From the NCBI GenBank assembly GCA_963716395.1, contig OY970309.1, positions 960,001 to 1,024,000 on the forward strand: a stretch of 64,000 bases of DNA, in the 5' to 3' direction. Positions within the stretch are counted from its first letter, which is position 1. Every line of letters begins with the position of its first letter. This DNA is from an uncultured Fibrobacteria bacterium (GTDB lineage: Bacteria > Fibrobacterota > Fibrobacteria > UBA11236). The translations under genes were made by a program, and so were the position numbers. Shown in pieces: positions 1 through 9,430 of this stretch. The notes beneath the pieces were generated by a model, which worked only from the letters and a program-made list of their open reading frames with translations, was not told where the DNA came from and ran no database searches.

Positions 1-1
1 C

Positions 2-1714
2 GTGCAAGCGAATCATCCCCACGATTTCCCCCGCTGTCACCACGGGAAGCTGGGTCGCCCCGGATTTCAGGAACAGCGAAAGGGCCTGGTGCAAATCCAT
101 GTCCGGGTTCAGGGTAAAAGCTTCGGTCATCAAATCTCCGACCAGAATCAAATCCTGGGCGGCCGATTCGGTGGCCGTGAGATGCAATGAGGCCATGGAC
201 ACCAATCCGGCGATCTGGCCTTCCTTGCCCATGACTGGAAAGACATCTTGTTCGGCATAGCGCGCTTTGGCATAAGCTTCGTTGGATTTGGCGTCGGCGG
301 GCAGCACGACGATTTCACCGCGGGGTTGCATGATTTCCCGCACCACCACGCGCTTGAGCACGTCGACGCGCAGGGCATGTTCATGCACGGGCGAGGAAAA
401 TTTGTTCTGGCGTTGCCCGTCGTAAATCGACCAGTTGCGCGCCAAGGGAATATGAATAGTGGTGGCGATGAGCAGCGGCGGCAACAACCCATAATTGCCG
501 GTGATCTCGCATACCATGATGAGGCCGGCCAGCGGAGCTTTGGCCGCGCCTGCGAAAAACGCCCCCATTCCCACCAGCACATAGGATCCGGGATTGGCGA
601 CCAGCGCAGGATCCAAAGCATGCAGACCGAAGCCCACGGCGCCGCCCAGTATGCCGCCGATGAAAAGCGAAGGACCGAAAAGGCCGCCGGAGCCTCCCGA
701 CCCCATGGTAAACGAGGTCGTGCCGATTTTCGCCACCACGATGAAAAGCAACAGGCCGAAACCGATGGAACCGGTGACCGCCTGCCTCAAACATTCGTAG
801 TTGTTGCCCACCGCTTGCGGGCACAAATAGGAAATAAGACCCACCGCCAACCCACCTAGGGCTGGTTTGTAATAGGCCTTGATCTTCAAGTTCGTGAAAT
901 AGGTCCGGATTCCGCGATAGCTTTTCACATAAGCCCAGGAAACCGGAACGCAAATCAAACCCAGCAGGGCATAGTTGAACAGCTCGGCCACATGCGTGAA
1001 GGGGTACACCGACAAGGGCAAAGAGGGTTTAGTCTGGTGGGTGATCAGGGAAAAGCAGCTGAAGGCGATTACCGACGCCACGACAAAAGGCAAGAACCCT
1101 TCGGATTCGAAGTCTTCCTTGTAAACGATTTCGGCGGCCGTCAAGGCGCCTCCCAAGGGGGCGTGAAAAATGGCTCCCAGCCCGGCCGCCGTGCCGGTGA
1201 GCAGCAGGATGCGCCGGTGCCGATCCGGCAGTCCCAGCAAGGTACCGATGGTCGAACCTAATCCCCCGCCGACCTGGGCGATGGGCCCCTCGTAACCCGA
1301 ACTTCCGCCCGAGCCGATCGTAAGTAGAGATGCCACGAATTTCACGATGGCGTCGCGCAAAGTGATTTTGCCGCCGCGGTTGTGAAAGGCGTCGATGAGG
1401 GCGTCGGTGCCAACGCCGGCGGCGTTGGGGGCGAAGTTGTATACCAGGAGTCCGCACAGGAGCCCCCCGACCGCCGGCACCAGAAAGAATAGATACCGGG
1501 GCAACATCGCGGCCGCGGTATGTAACGGGAACCCCGCAAAGCGGTTGAGAAGTAAATTTTGCAGGTGGTCGAGGGAAATTTTGAAAATGGCCGCGGTCAC
1601 GCCGCCTAGAACTCCCAGCACCACCGCGAAACCGAGCATGCCGCCGGTGCGGTGCCAGTATCTTTGGAAGAGCAGGAAGCGGAACCGATCGAGGGAAAAA
1701 AACCGCACCTTCAT
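2..1714 (-). CDS. ClC-family chloride channel/transporter with C-terminal CBS region (3' end runs off the window)
   Basis: Hand translation from ATG 1714 (MKVRFFSLDR...), in frame at every point checked. ClC motifs GVGTD, GSGGSSGYEGP, GAIFHAPLGG, GSGGLFGPSLF and SIY. Absent from the ORF track because no stop lies in the window. Confidence 0.9.
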   Translation of the reverse strand, partial: MKVRFFSLDRFRFLLFQRYWHRTGGMLGFAVVLGVLGGVTAAIFKISLDHLQNLLLNRFAGFPLHTAAAMLPRYLFFLVPAVGGLLCGLLVYNFAPNAAGVGTDALIDAFHNRGGKITLRDAIVKFVASLLTIGSGGSSGYEGPIAQVGGGLGSTIGTLLGLPDRHRRILLLTGTAAGLGAIFHAPLGGALTAAEIVYKEDFESEGFLPFVVASVIAFSCFSLITHQTKPSLPLSVYPFTHVAELFNYALLGLICVPVSWAYVKSYRGIRTYFTNLKIKAYYKPALGGLAVGLISYLCPQAVGNNYECLRQAVTGSIGFGLLLFIVVAKIGTTSFTMGSGGSGGLFGPSLFIGGILGGAVGFGLHALDPALVANPGSYVLVGMGAFFAGAAKAPLAGLIMVCEITGNYGLLPPLLIATTIHIPLARNWSIYDGQRQNKFSSPVHEHALRVDVLKRVVVREIMQPRGEIVVLPADAKSNEAYAKARYAEQDVFPVMGKEGQIAGLVSMASLHLTATESAAQDLILVGDLMTEAFTLNPDMDLHQALSLFLKSGATQLPVVTAGEIVGMIRLH

Positions 1715-1809
1715 AGGCTTGCGACCATTAGTTAACAATATTAACTAAAATTTGAAAGGTTTCGGATCCGCCCCTGCCATCGGCCTTAGGATGGTACTTT
1801 ATTCCCGCC

Positions 1810-2226
1810 ATGGAAACGAACCGGCCCCAGGCCAACGAAGGCGGCTTTGACCCGAGCCGGCGCGAATTTTTGGGAGTGGCGGTGGCGGCCCTGGCCGGGG
1901 CGGCGGCCGTAAGCCTTATCGGCTGCGGTACCGATTTGTCGGGCCCGGGCGGCACCGTGCCGCCGACGGGCAGCGCCCTGGGATCCGTAGGCCTTCCCGA
2001 TCATCCCGGCGCCGAACACGTGGCCTTTGTCACGCCGGCCCAGATGAACGCCGGCGGCGCCGCCACCGTGCATATCCAGGGATATGCGGATCACGATCAT
2101 CTCGTGGTGCTGAGCAGTTCGCAAGTCGCCATCTTACGCGGCGGAACTCGCGGTGCGGTCGCGGTTACCTCCACCCAAACCAATTCCGACGTTTATGGTT
2201 TTCACGACCACCGCGTGTCCTTCTAA
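1810..2226 (+). CDS. Tat-exported His-rich lipoprotein, putative metal-binding
   Basis: Twin-arginine motif SRREFL, hydrophobic stretch, lipobox LIGC; His clusters DHPGAEH, DHDH, HDH. Confidence 0.7.
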   Translation: METNRPQANEGGFDPSRREFLGVAVAALAGAAAVSLIGCGTDLSGPGGTVPPTGSALGSVGLPDHPGAEHVAFVTPAQMNAGGAATVHIQGYADHDHLVVLSSSQVAILRGGTRGAVAVTSTQTNSDVYGFHDHRVSF

Positions 2227-2254
2227 CCTGCGAAAGACGTAACCCCTGTGAGCT

Positions 2255-2755
2255 TCAGGGTATCTCGATTTTCCATCCGGTATTTCCGAATCGATCCTGC
2301 AAAGCCTGCAAGACGGCCGGGCGCAACTGCTCGCGCCACCGGGTTTCGATTTTCATGTCCTCGTCGAGAATGCGGGGAATCACCTGGGCGAAGCGCTGCC
2401 CGCCATCCGAACCGTGGTAGTGAATGACGAATTGCAAGTCGTCCATGGTGAGATATTTATCGAAAACCGCATACAGCTGCGGGAACAACCCGTTGTCCCC
2501 TTGCAGATGCGACGCATAAACCGACTGAATGATATTTTGCATTTCTTCGGCCGTCGAATCCGGCAGGCCTGGATTATCATTGCGGATTCTCTGCACCTCC
2601 ACCGCCACGCCTGCGTCGAGAAAATCGTCGAATTTGGGCTTGAGATTCATCGCCGCCACGGCCTGTTCGATCAAATCGAGCTTGGCCGGGGGAATATCGT
2701 CGGCCCACCCGCAGGCCAGCGCCGACAAAGCCGCGGCCCAAAAAATCCGGGGCAT
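2255..2755 (-). CDS. Exported DUF2059-like protein
   Basis: Signal peptide MPRIFWAAALSALACGWA; motif FDKYLTMDDLQFVIHYHGSDGGQRF resembles DUF2059 (Y..F...EL..L..FY.SP.GQK). Start moved to ATG 2755. Confidence 0.7.
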   Translation of the reverse strand: MPRIFWAAALSALACGWADDIPPAKLDLIEQAVAAMNLKPKFDDFLDAGVAVEVQRIRNDNPGLPDSTAEEMQNIIQSVYASHLQGDNGLFPQLYAVFDKYLTMDDLQFVIHYHGSDGGQRFAQVIPRILDEDMKIETRWREQLRPAVLQALQDRFGNTGWKIEIP

Positions 2756-2807
2756 GGAAATACGATACACGCTCGACACGCCGCAAAGGAGGCGCCGCCC
2801 GGCGGCG

Positions 2808-3551
2808 TTACCCGGCGGCCACAGGCGCCGCGAACGGATTTTGCCTACGGCGGCGGCGGGAATGATACACGGCGATATAGGTGCTGTCGACGATGAAAGC
2901 CAGAATCCCCAGGGCATGCAGAAAATGGTTTTGCGGGTAATGCAGGATCATCATCACGGTGTTCATGCCCGTGCCCACACATTTGAGCCAGGCCACGGCC
3001 CCGGAAAATCCTTCCACCCCGGAGCTGCCGAGCAGCAGCAGAATGCAGGAAGAAGACAGCAATAACTGACACAGGTAGGCCGAATTGGCCCCGATGGACG
3101 TGTCCATGCCTTGGCGCACGAACAGGTAATAGAGAACGCCGAAACCCACCGTGGTGGCCGCCGCCACGGGCTTGAAATGGGCGCGTAGCGCCGGCTGGTA
3201 GATTTGCTTGGGCCCCCACTTCAGCAATTGCCAGAAGATGAAGATGTCGAGGAAGAACCAGGCGCGATAGGTCCACACCAGAAAAAAACCCATGTCGGTG
3301 TGAAAGGGCCACGACCAGGTGAACTCCCAGGCAAAATTGCTGCACACGGCCACGGCCGCCATTTCCATATATTGCCGCTTCAGGGAATTGCGGATGAGAA
3401 TGGCGTAGGCGGCCACCCACAACAGGCAACCTCCGGCGAAAAGGAAGAGTTGGAAAGGCGTATAAAGCACGCAATGAACGTCGATGAGATTCAGAAAATG
3501 CGCCGGGTCGTTGACCAGGCCCGGGTGATCGGGGCAAACGACGATGTTCAT
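2808..3551 (-). CDS. PaxB/Pyr4/XiaE-like integral-membrane terpene cyclase homolog
   Basis: Multi-TM 247-aa protein from ATG 3551; W..AY...I, NFAWE, WFFLD and C-terminal IVD motifs typical of the family. Confidence 0.7.
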   Translation of the reverse strand: MNIVVCPDHPGLVNDPAHFLNLIDVHCVLYTPFQLFLFAGGCLLWVAAYAILIRNSLKRQYMEMAAVAVCSNFAWEFTWSWPFHTDMGFFLVWTYRAWFFLDIFIFWQLLKWGPKQIYQPALRAHFKPVAAATTVGFGVLYYLFVRQGMDTSIGANSAYLCQLLLSSSCILLLLGSSGVEGFSGAVAWLKCVGTGMNTVMMILHYPQNHFLHALGILAFIVDSTYIAVYHSRRRRRQNPFAAPVAAG

Positions 3552-3568
3552 TTCATCCCCGCCACGCC

Positions 3569-4681
3569 TTAGCCCTTGACGCCGTTCGGAATGTGGAAAG
3601 GTTGCGAATGCCCGTCGTTCCAGTAGCGCTGCAACCCCTCCATCAATTTGATGCTGATGTCGCGGCCGGCCCGGCTGAGCGCCGGGAACAGCCAAAACCC
3701 CACGCGCTCCAATTTCAGGAGATCGCGCAGAAAAAACACGAAGGTCAACGGCGGCGAAGCCTGGGGAACGTCGAGGAGGTTGGAAATCCGGTGCCCCATG
3801 AGGTAGCGCACCAGAACCGGAATGCCGCGATCGAGCAGGCCGCCCGGCAGCAACTGTTCCAGAAATTTCACATGATCGTCCATCAGCCGCACCCCGTCGT
3901 CGGTGCGGAAAAAGTTGCGGCGTTCGAGCACCGCCCACAATTCCCGGGCTTCGGCCAGGGAGCGTGGCATCAGAGCCTCGTCCAACCCGAGTACATGGCC
4001 GATGACTTTCCAGGCATGCAAATACGCATCGACTTCGGCAGGGGAAAGTCGCACCCCCAAGGCCGTAACGCCGTCCAGGGTCAGGACAGAGAAGGCGAGC
4101 AAGGTGCCGGCCAACTCTTCCTGGTTGATGGGCCGGCCCCAATCCCGGTGGGCATTCCACTCCGGCGTGGCGCCGGCATAACCGCGAATCGATGCGTGCA
4201 AAAGGCGTACGCGCAAGGCGGTGTGCAAGCCGCGCCCGCCGGGTCCGAGCCCCCCCGGCTCCATCACGTCGAGGATGAAGCGCAGGGTTTCGGAAGCGCG
4301 CTGCCGGTAATGATGCGTCAGCTTGCCGGTCATGGTCAAAACCTGCGCGCCCCCCCGGCCGCCCGCGTAAAGAACCGGCAGCGATTTGAACAACATCACC
4401 ACCCCGAACACCGGGCCATGCAAGCTGAACAGGTTTTGCGCCTGCCGGATGCGCGCGGCATCGGCCCAGGCCGGCAACTGTGCGTTTTGTTCGAGAAAGG
4501 CGCGCAGCTTCGGAGGCGCACCGGCAAAGGCGTCGCCGCACCCTTGAATTTTTCCCAGCACCGCATTGAGCTCTCCGACCCGGCCCGCGCGGATGAAATC
4601 TTCGGCGACGGCGTCAGCGGCGGCATCGCCTTGGAGACGCATGCGATCGAGGAGAGTGGTTTCCCAGGAACCGTTTGCCAA
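3569..4681 (-). CDS. MpaB/Lcp (DUF2236) family b-heme oxygenase
   Basis: Motifs LPAWAD, RASET, RVRLLHASIR, WGRPINQEELAGT, W..IGHVLG. Probable TTG start at 4681 with GGAGAG SD. Confidence 0.85.
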   Translation of the reverse strand: MANGSWETTLLDRMRLQGDAAADAVAEDFIRAGRVGELNAVLGKIQGCGDAFAGAPPKLRAFLEQNAQLPAWADAARIRQAQNLFSLHGPVFGVVMLFKSLPVLYAGGRGGAQVLTMTGKLTHHYRQRASETLRFILDVMEPGGLGPGGRGLHTALRVRLLHASIRGYAGATPEWNAHRDWGRPINQEELAGTLLAFSVLTLDGVTALGVRLSPAEVDAYLHAWKVIGHVLGLDEALMPRSLAEARELWAVLERRNFFRTDDGVRLMDDHVKFLEQLLPGGLLDRGIPVLVRYLMGHRISNLLDVPQASPPLTFVFFLRDLLKLERVGFWLFPALSRAGRDISIKLMEGLQRYWNDGHSQPFHIPNGVKG

Positions 4682-4711
4682 TTTTCTCTCCCCAAAAAAG
4701 AAGATGGCATG

Positions 4712-4740
4712 ATTATAGAGTCGACGCGTTGTAATAGCAA
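4712..4740 (-). promoter_or_regulatory. sigma70-type promoter of the oxygenase-cyclase operon
   Basis: Minus strand TTGCTA (4740-4735), 17 bp spacer, TATAAT (4717-4712). Confidence 0.65.
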
Positions 4741-4886
4741 TGCATCCGCCCCGCCCTCCATTTCCGCCGAATCTGCATTTTCCACGCCTGGCATTTCCAA
4801 ATCTTGTCAATGTCTTGATCGGCGACCGGCGGCTTGGTACCCTTTTGCTTCATCATGATCCCCTCCGCCAGGGCCCAAGCCCATCC

Positions 4887-6380
4887 ATGACATCGGCTTC
4901 CGCGATGCCGCCGTTTTCCGACCCGCCCCGCAATCCGGACGGAGATCGCGAACCCGCTTCCCTGGATCGTCCGAGGTGGCGGCGGCTGCCGGGGACGAAG
5001 CTACTGACTCGCATTTGCGATCTGGGAGTTCATTCCGGACTCGACGAGAACCTGGCTCGTAACACGCGCGTGACCAACCTGGCCGCGGTCACGCTCGGCG
5101 CCCTGGTATTCCCCTACCTCTTCCTGCTTTACGCCCTGCATGAGCGGCTGGCGGCGGACTTCGTGCCGGTGCTGATGCTGGCCTACGTCCTATCCGTCAC
5201 CTGCAATTTTCTCCGCTATTACGATGCCGCGCGTTTTTGCCTGCTGGGGTCGGTCAATATCGCCGTATTCGTATATACGGCGCTCCTAGGCAAAGCCACC
5301 GGCATCGAATACGCCTTTTTCTTCACTTTGATCAGCCCTTTCATGCTCTTTCACATCAGCGAGATGCGCAAAATCATGGTGTGCATGGCTCTGCCGGTTG
5401 CGCTATGGACGTTGCTCCAAGGCCCTTTCGGGCTCGGCGACACCAGCCCGTTTTCGCCTGCCTCCCTTCATCTCTTCTACTTGTGCATTACCGCCACCGT
5501 GGCCGTCATGCTCTCGGGCTGCACCCTGCTCATCTATTTGTCGCATCAGCGTTCCTTGCTGCTCCTGCGCGCGGCCAAAGAACGCGCCGAAGCCTCATCC
5601 CAGGCCAAAGGGGAATTTTTGGCCACCATGAGCCATGAGATTCGCACGCCCATGAACGGGATTTTGGGCGCCGTGCAGTTGTTGCGGAATTCCTCGCTGC
5701 CACCGGAACAGTTGCGTTACATGGATATGGCGGAGGTGAGCGGCAATCTCCTGCTGGCCATCATCAAGGACATCCTCGACTTCTCCAAAATCGAATCCGG
5801 CCGGATGGAATTGGAACAGGTCGCCTTCAATCTGCCCGCCGTCCTCAACGAAACCGCCGAGCTTCTGCGGCCCGAAGCCGAACGCAACGGCCTGACCTTG
5901 AGCCTGCAACTCGATAACCGGCTTCCGGCCGAAGTGCGCGGCGACCCCACCCGCTTGCGGCAGGTGCTGCTGAACCTCACTTCCAACGCGGTGAAATTCA
6001 CCCGGCAGGGCGGGGTCACCTTAATCGGCGGCATTCGCGCCGAAACCGGGGATCAGGTCGAGGTGGCGCTCGAAGTGCGCGACACGGGTATCGGCATCGA
6101 GTCCGAAAAAATGGGCCGCCTGTTTCAACCTTTTTCCCAACTCGACGCTTCGACCACACGGAAATTCGGAGGCACCGGATTGGGGCTGGCGATTGCGGGA
6201 CGTCTGGCCGCCCTCATGCACGGCAGCATCGAAGTGCGCAGCCGGCCCGGACATGGCAGCGCCTTCACCTTTACGGCGTGGCTGGAAAAAAAGGTTTCGG
6301 ATCGCGGCGATTCCCCGGGGGAGCGCTTCAACCCCAATACTGAATCGCCAGAATCAGGGCCACTACCAAAGCAACAATAA
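4887..6380 (+). CDS. Membrane sensor histidine kinase (HisKA + HATPase_c), no receiver domain
   Basis: Several TM helices; H-box [17 protein letters not shown]-box [11 protein letters not shown]1 DTGIG, G2 GGTGLGLAI. Start uncertain. Confidence 0.9.
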   Translation: MTSASAMPPFSDPPRNPDGDREPASLDRPRWRRLPGTKLLTRICDLGVHSGLDENLARNTRVTNLAAVTLGALVFPYLFLLYALHERLAADFVPVLMLAYVLSVTCNFLRYYDAARFCLLGSVNIAVFVYTALLGKATGIEYAFFFTLISPFMLFHISEMRKIMVCMALPVALWTLLQGPFGLGDTSPFSPASLHLFYLCITATVAVMLSGCTLLIYLSHQRSLLLLRAAKERAEASSQAKGEFLATMSHEIRTPMNGILGAVQLLRNSSLPPEQLRYMDMAEVSGNLLLAIIKDILDFSKIESGRMELEQVAFNLPAVLNETAELLRPEAERNGLTLSLQLDNRLPAEVRGDPTRLRQVLLNLTSNAVKFTRQGGVTLIGGIRAETGDQVEVALEVRDTGIGIESEKMGRLFQPFSQLDASTTRKFGGTGLGLAIAGRLAALMHGSIEVRSRPGHGSAFTFTAWLEKKVSDRGDSPGERFNPNTESPESGPLPKQQ

Positions 6381-6831
6381 TGAGCTGCGGGACCAGTTCG
6401 GCCCTGCCTTCCGCCCCGCGGCCACGGTGGTCCTTGCGGCGCGCCGACGGCGGCACAATGTCTCGCTCCGCAAACATCACCCCGATGGCATTTTTTTCCA
6501 CGCAAAACTTGGCATAATCATCGACGTCGCGATTTTTTTCCACCGTGGCGAGCAGAAAGATCGTGTCGCCTGCGGCGCGTAAAAAGGTGAGCTGACGCAC
6601 CGGATGCCCACCGGCGAGGAAGCGATTATACACGACCGAGTCATGGCCATGGTCTTTTTCCGTCGCGCTCCGTTCCAGGGTGGAATACAGCGCGGTCGAA
6701 TCGCAGTTCGACAGGCGGGTGCCGGGCGCGTTCAGAAATACCGGTTGATACGGTCCGAGGCTGTCGGGGTTGACCGGAACCAGATGGGTTCCGGCGGCCA
6801 GGGCGAGCAACGCAAAAGCCGCGGCAAACAT
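6328..6831 (-). CDS. Hypothetical exported protein with C-terminal membrane anchor
   Basis: N-terminal signal-like stretch and C-terminal TM helix; AAGGGA SD-like sequence upstream. Confidence 0.55.
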   Translation of the reverse strand: MFAAAFALLALAAGTHLVPVNPDSLGPYQPVFLNAPGTRLSNCDSTALYSTLERSATEKDHGHDSVVYNRFLAGGHPVRQLTFLRAAGDTIFLLATVEKNRDVDDYAKFCVEKNAIGVMFAERDIVPPSARRKDHRGRGAEGRAELVPQLIIVALVVALILAIQYWG

Positions 6832-6938
6832 GGGGATTCCCTTTCACCCGGAACCGGAGACCCGGGCGGGTAGAATAATAATGCGTGGGGGAGCGAGGCG
6901 GGAAACGGCCTGCTCATGGCCGGCTAAAAGGCCTGTGG

Positions 6939-8894
6939 TTACGCGGCGACGGTTCCGGCCAGGGCGGTTTGCTTGAGCACCCGGTAGCGTTCGGTGAAGG
7001 CGGGCGCCAACAGGGATTCGCGGTGATCGAACCCGAAGGCGCGCGAACTGACCGCCAGCAGCGGCGGGGCCTGCACGCGCTTGGCCACGCCCAGGCCGTT
7101 GTACAGATTCCACCAGCGCTCCAAGTCGTCGAGAAAGGCTTGCGGGGTGGGAAAAAGTTTTGCGAGATCGAGGTCGGCGGGCAAATCCAGGTTTTGCGCC
7201 AAGCTGCCGGCCAAATACCATTCCAGGATTTCCTCGGGCGAAGCGCGGTTCCAGCGCTGTACGAAGGCGAAGAACAGGCGATCGTGATAGGGATAGATCA
7301 GCGGATCGCCGCGGCCCGCATCGACGTCCTGCTCCGCGCTCAACTCCGCCGAGGGAGTAACAGAGAAGATGCCCTCGGGAATGACGCCGCGCCGGTAGAT
7401 TTCGGCGTTGAGATGGCGACCCAGGGCATACACGTCCCTTTTCCACAAATCGCCCAGCACGGCCAGATAGCCGCCGAGATCGCCGTACAGGGTGCCGTAG
7501 CCCACGGTCAGTTCAGCCTTGTTGGTGTTGCAGGAAAAAACGCCGCCGAAGGCCGCCGCCGCCGCGGCCAAAATCCGGCTGCCGCGGTCGCGCGCCTGTA
7601 CGTTTTCAGCCGCCAGTCCCTCCAACTCCAAACGCACGCGGGCGCCGTCGGCCGCAACCGCCTCCAGGCCGTGCACCTGCCGCTGCGTAAGCGCAAAACC
7701 CTCTTCGATGGAAACCTCGGCGAACAGGCATCCCAGATTTTGCGCTAGTTCCCGCGCCAAAGATCGCGTGGTGGCGCTGTTGAAACGGCTCGGCAAATTG
7801 AGCAGCAGCAATTCCTCCGGTCCGAGAAACTCGCGGTACAGGGCCGCCGCCACGGCGCTGTCGATGCCGCCGGAAATGCCCACCACCACCTTGCGCCGGC
7901 CGGTGGAGGCGAGAAAGGTTTCGGCGCCGTAGCGCAGAGCGCCGTGCATTTCGGCGAGGGAAAAAGGCGCGGCGGGAGGCGGCGCCGACGGCGGCAACGC
8001 GGCGGGCAGGGGCCGGCCCTGTTCGAGTTCGACCACGGCCACGCCTTCGGCAAAGGCCTCCATTTCAGCCAGCATCGCGCCGTCGCCGCCGTACACGGTG
8101 CTGCAGCCGTCAAAGGTGAACAAAGTCTTGGCATTGTTTTGCAGGCCGACGCAGTTGACGTAAACAAGCGGCGCGCCCAGCAATTTGGCCTTGGCCCCGA
8201 ACACGCGGTGGCGCTTATCGTTCTTGCCGCGCGTAAAGGGCGAGGCGCTCAGGTTGAGCACGAAGTCGGGGCGTTTGCGCGCCAGCACCTCCATGGGCTT
8301 TTGCGCGTAATCGTCTTCCCAGGCATCTTCGCACAGCACCACCCCGAAGCGAAAGCGCCCGCCGCCCAGCTCAAAGGCCACGGGTTCGAGGTAATCGCTG
8401 AAAGGGCGGCCCGCTTCCTGCGCCAGCTTGCGGGTATCATAGAAGTGACGGGCCTCCTCGAACTCGCGGTAATTGGGCGACAGGGTTTTGACGCCGAAGG
8501 GCTTGCCCAGCGCGGGATGCTCCCAGGCTTTGCCGCCCGCGGCCGCCACGAAGGCGTTGAACTTGCGCGGGCGGCCGTCTTCGCCTTTGGCGTTCCAGTC
8601 TACGGCCACGGTACCGAATACCGCGGCCGGTCCGTGGGCGGTGGCTTCGGCGATGCGCTGCGACCAGGTTTCGCACTCGCGCAGAAACGCCGGCCGTTCC
8701 CACAGGTCTCCCACGAAATAGCCGGGCAGGCACATTTCGGGAAAGACCAGCAGGTCGACGCGCCCCCGGTGTTCCTCCAGCCGCCGCAGTAAGGCTTCGG
8801 CGTTGCGCGCCGGTTCGCCCGGATAGACGCGCATTTGGCACAAGCCCACGCGCACGCGGGCGCGCGAAGCGGGCGCAACCTTGGGCTCGGCCAT
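6939..8894 (-). CDS. nadE: Glutamine-dependent NAD+ synthetase
   Basis: Nitrilase-fold domain (FPE, K, CEDAW) plus synthetase domain SGGIDS, ENVQAR, NKAE, GYGTLYGD, PSAEL. Confidence 0.95.
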   Translation of the reverse strand: MAEPKVAPASRARVRVGLCQMRVYPGEPARNAEALLRRLEEHRGRVDLLVFPEMCLPGYFVGDLWERPAFLRECETWSQRIAEATAHGPAAVFGTVAVDWNAKGEDGRPRKFNAFVAAAGGKAWEHPALGKPFGVKTLSPNYREFEEARHFYDTRKLAQEAGRPFSDYLEPVAFELGGGRFRFGVVLCEDAWEDDYAQKPMEVLARKRPDFVLNLSASPFTRGKNDKRHRVFGAKAKLLGAPLVYVNCVGLQNNAKTLFTFDGCSTVYGGDGAMLAEMEAFAEGVAVVELEQGRPLPAALPPSAPPPAAPFSLAEMHGALRYGAETFLASTGRRKVVVGISGGIDSAVAAALYREFLGPEELLLLNLPSRFNSATTRSLARELAQNLGCLFAEVSIEEGFALTQRQVHGLEAVAADGARVRLELEGLAAENVQARDRGSRILAAAAAAFGGVFSCNTNKAELTVGYGTLYGDLGGYLAVLGDLWKRDVYALGRHLNAEIYRRGVIPEGIFSVTPSAELSAEQDVDAGRGDPLIYPYHDRLFFAFVQRWNRASPEEILEWYLAGSLAQNLDLPADLDLAKLFPTPQAFLDDLERWWNLYNGLGVAKRVQAPPLLAVSSRAFGFDHRESLLAPAFTERYRVLKQTALAGTVAA

Positions 8895-8899
8895 CGCGA

Positions 8900-9388
8900 T
8901 TACCGTTTGCCCAACTGGGTTTGCAGCGCCAGCCGGTGATCGCGGCGGATGCCGGCCTGCGCGAAGCGCCGTCGCTCGGTTTCGGTTTCCGGAACGACGG
9001 GCGCGATGGTCGTGGGTTTGCCCGCGGGATCGAGGGCGACAAAGGTGAAATAGGCCGAACACACATGCTCCGACCCGGTTCCCCCGGGCGGCAGCGATTC
9101 GGCCACCACGCCCACTTCCAACGAGTGTTGGAAGACGCGGTTGACGCTGGCATACACGGTGACAATGGCGCCGGAACGCACCGGTTTGCGGAACACCAGC
9201 TGATCGATGGAAAGCGTCACCACCGGGCCTTGCACGTGTTTCATGGCGCTGATGGCCGCCACCTTGTCGAGAATGCTCACCAGTCGGCCGCCAAAGAGAT
9301 GCCCCAGCGAATTGAGATCGGACTGGAGAATGATTTCCGATGACTCGGTGCGCGTTTGCGCCACGGTGCGCCCGGTTGCGGATTCCAT
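8900..9388 (-). CDS. Acyl-CoA thioesterase (hotdog fold, YciA-like)
   Basis: DLNSLGHLFGGRL..LD, VTLSID..F.KPV, SAYFTFVALD. Confidence 0.9.
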   Translation of the reverse strand: MESATGRTVAQTRTESSEIILQSDLNSLGHLFGGRLVSILDKVAAISAMKHVQGPVVTLSIDQLVFRKPVRSGAIVTVYASVNRVFQHSLEVGVVAESLPPGGTGSEHVCSAYFTFVALDPAGKPTTIAPVVPETETERRRFAQAGIRRDHRLALQTQLGKR

Positions 9389-9430
9389 ATTTTGGAAAAG
9401 GTAAACTCCGACGAATTTTAAATTGGTCAC

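Noticed and set aside
2-1714. Fluoride-specific CLC-F
   Set aside because: Lacks the GNNLI/GMGLI, GREGT and GEVTP signatures.
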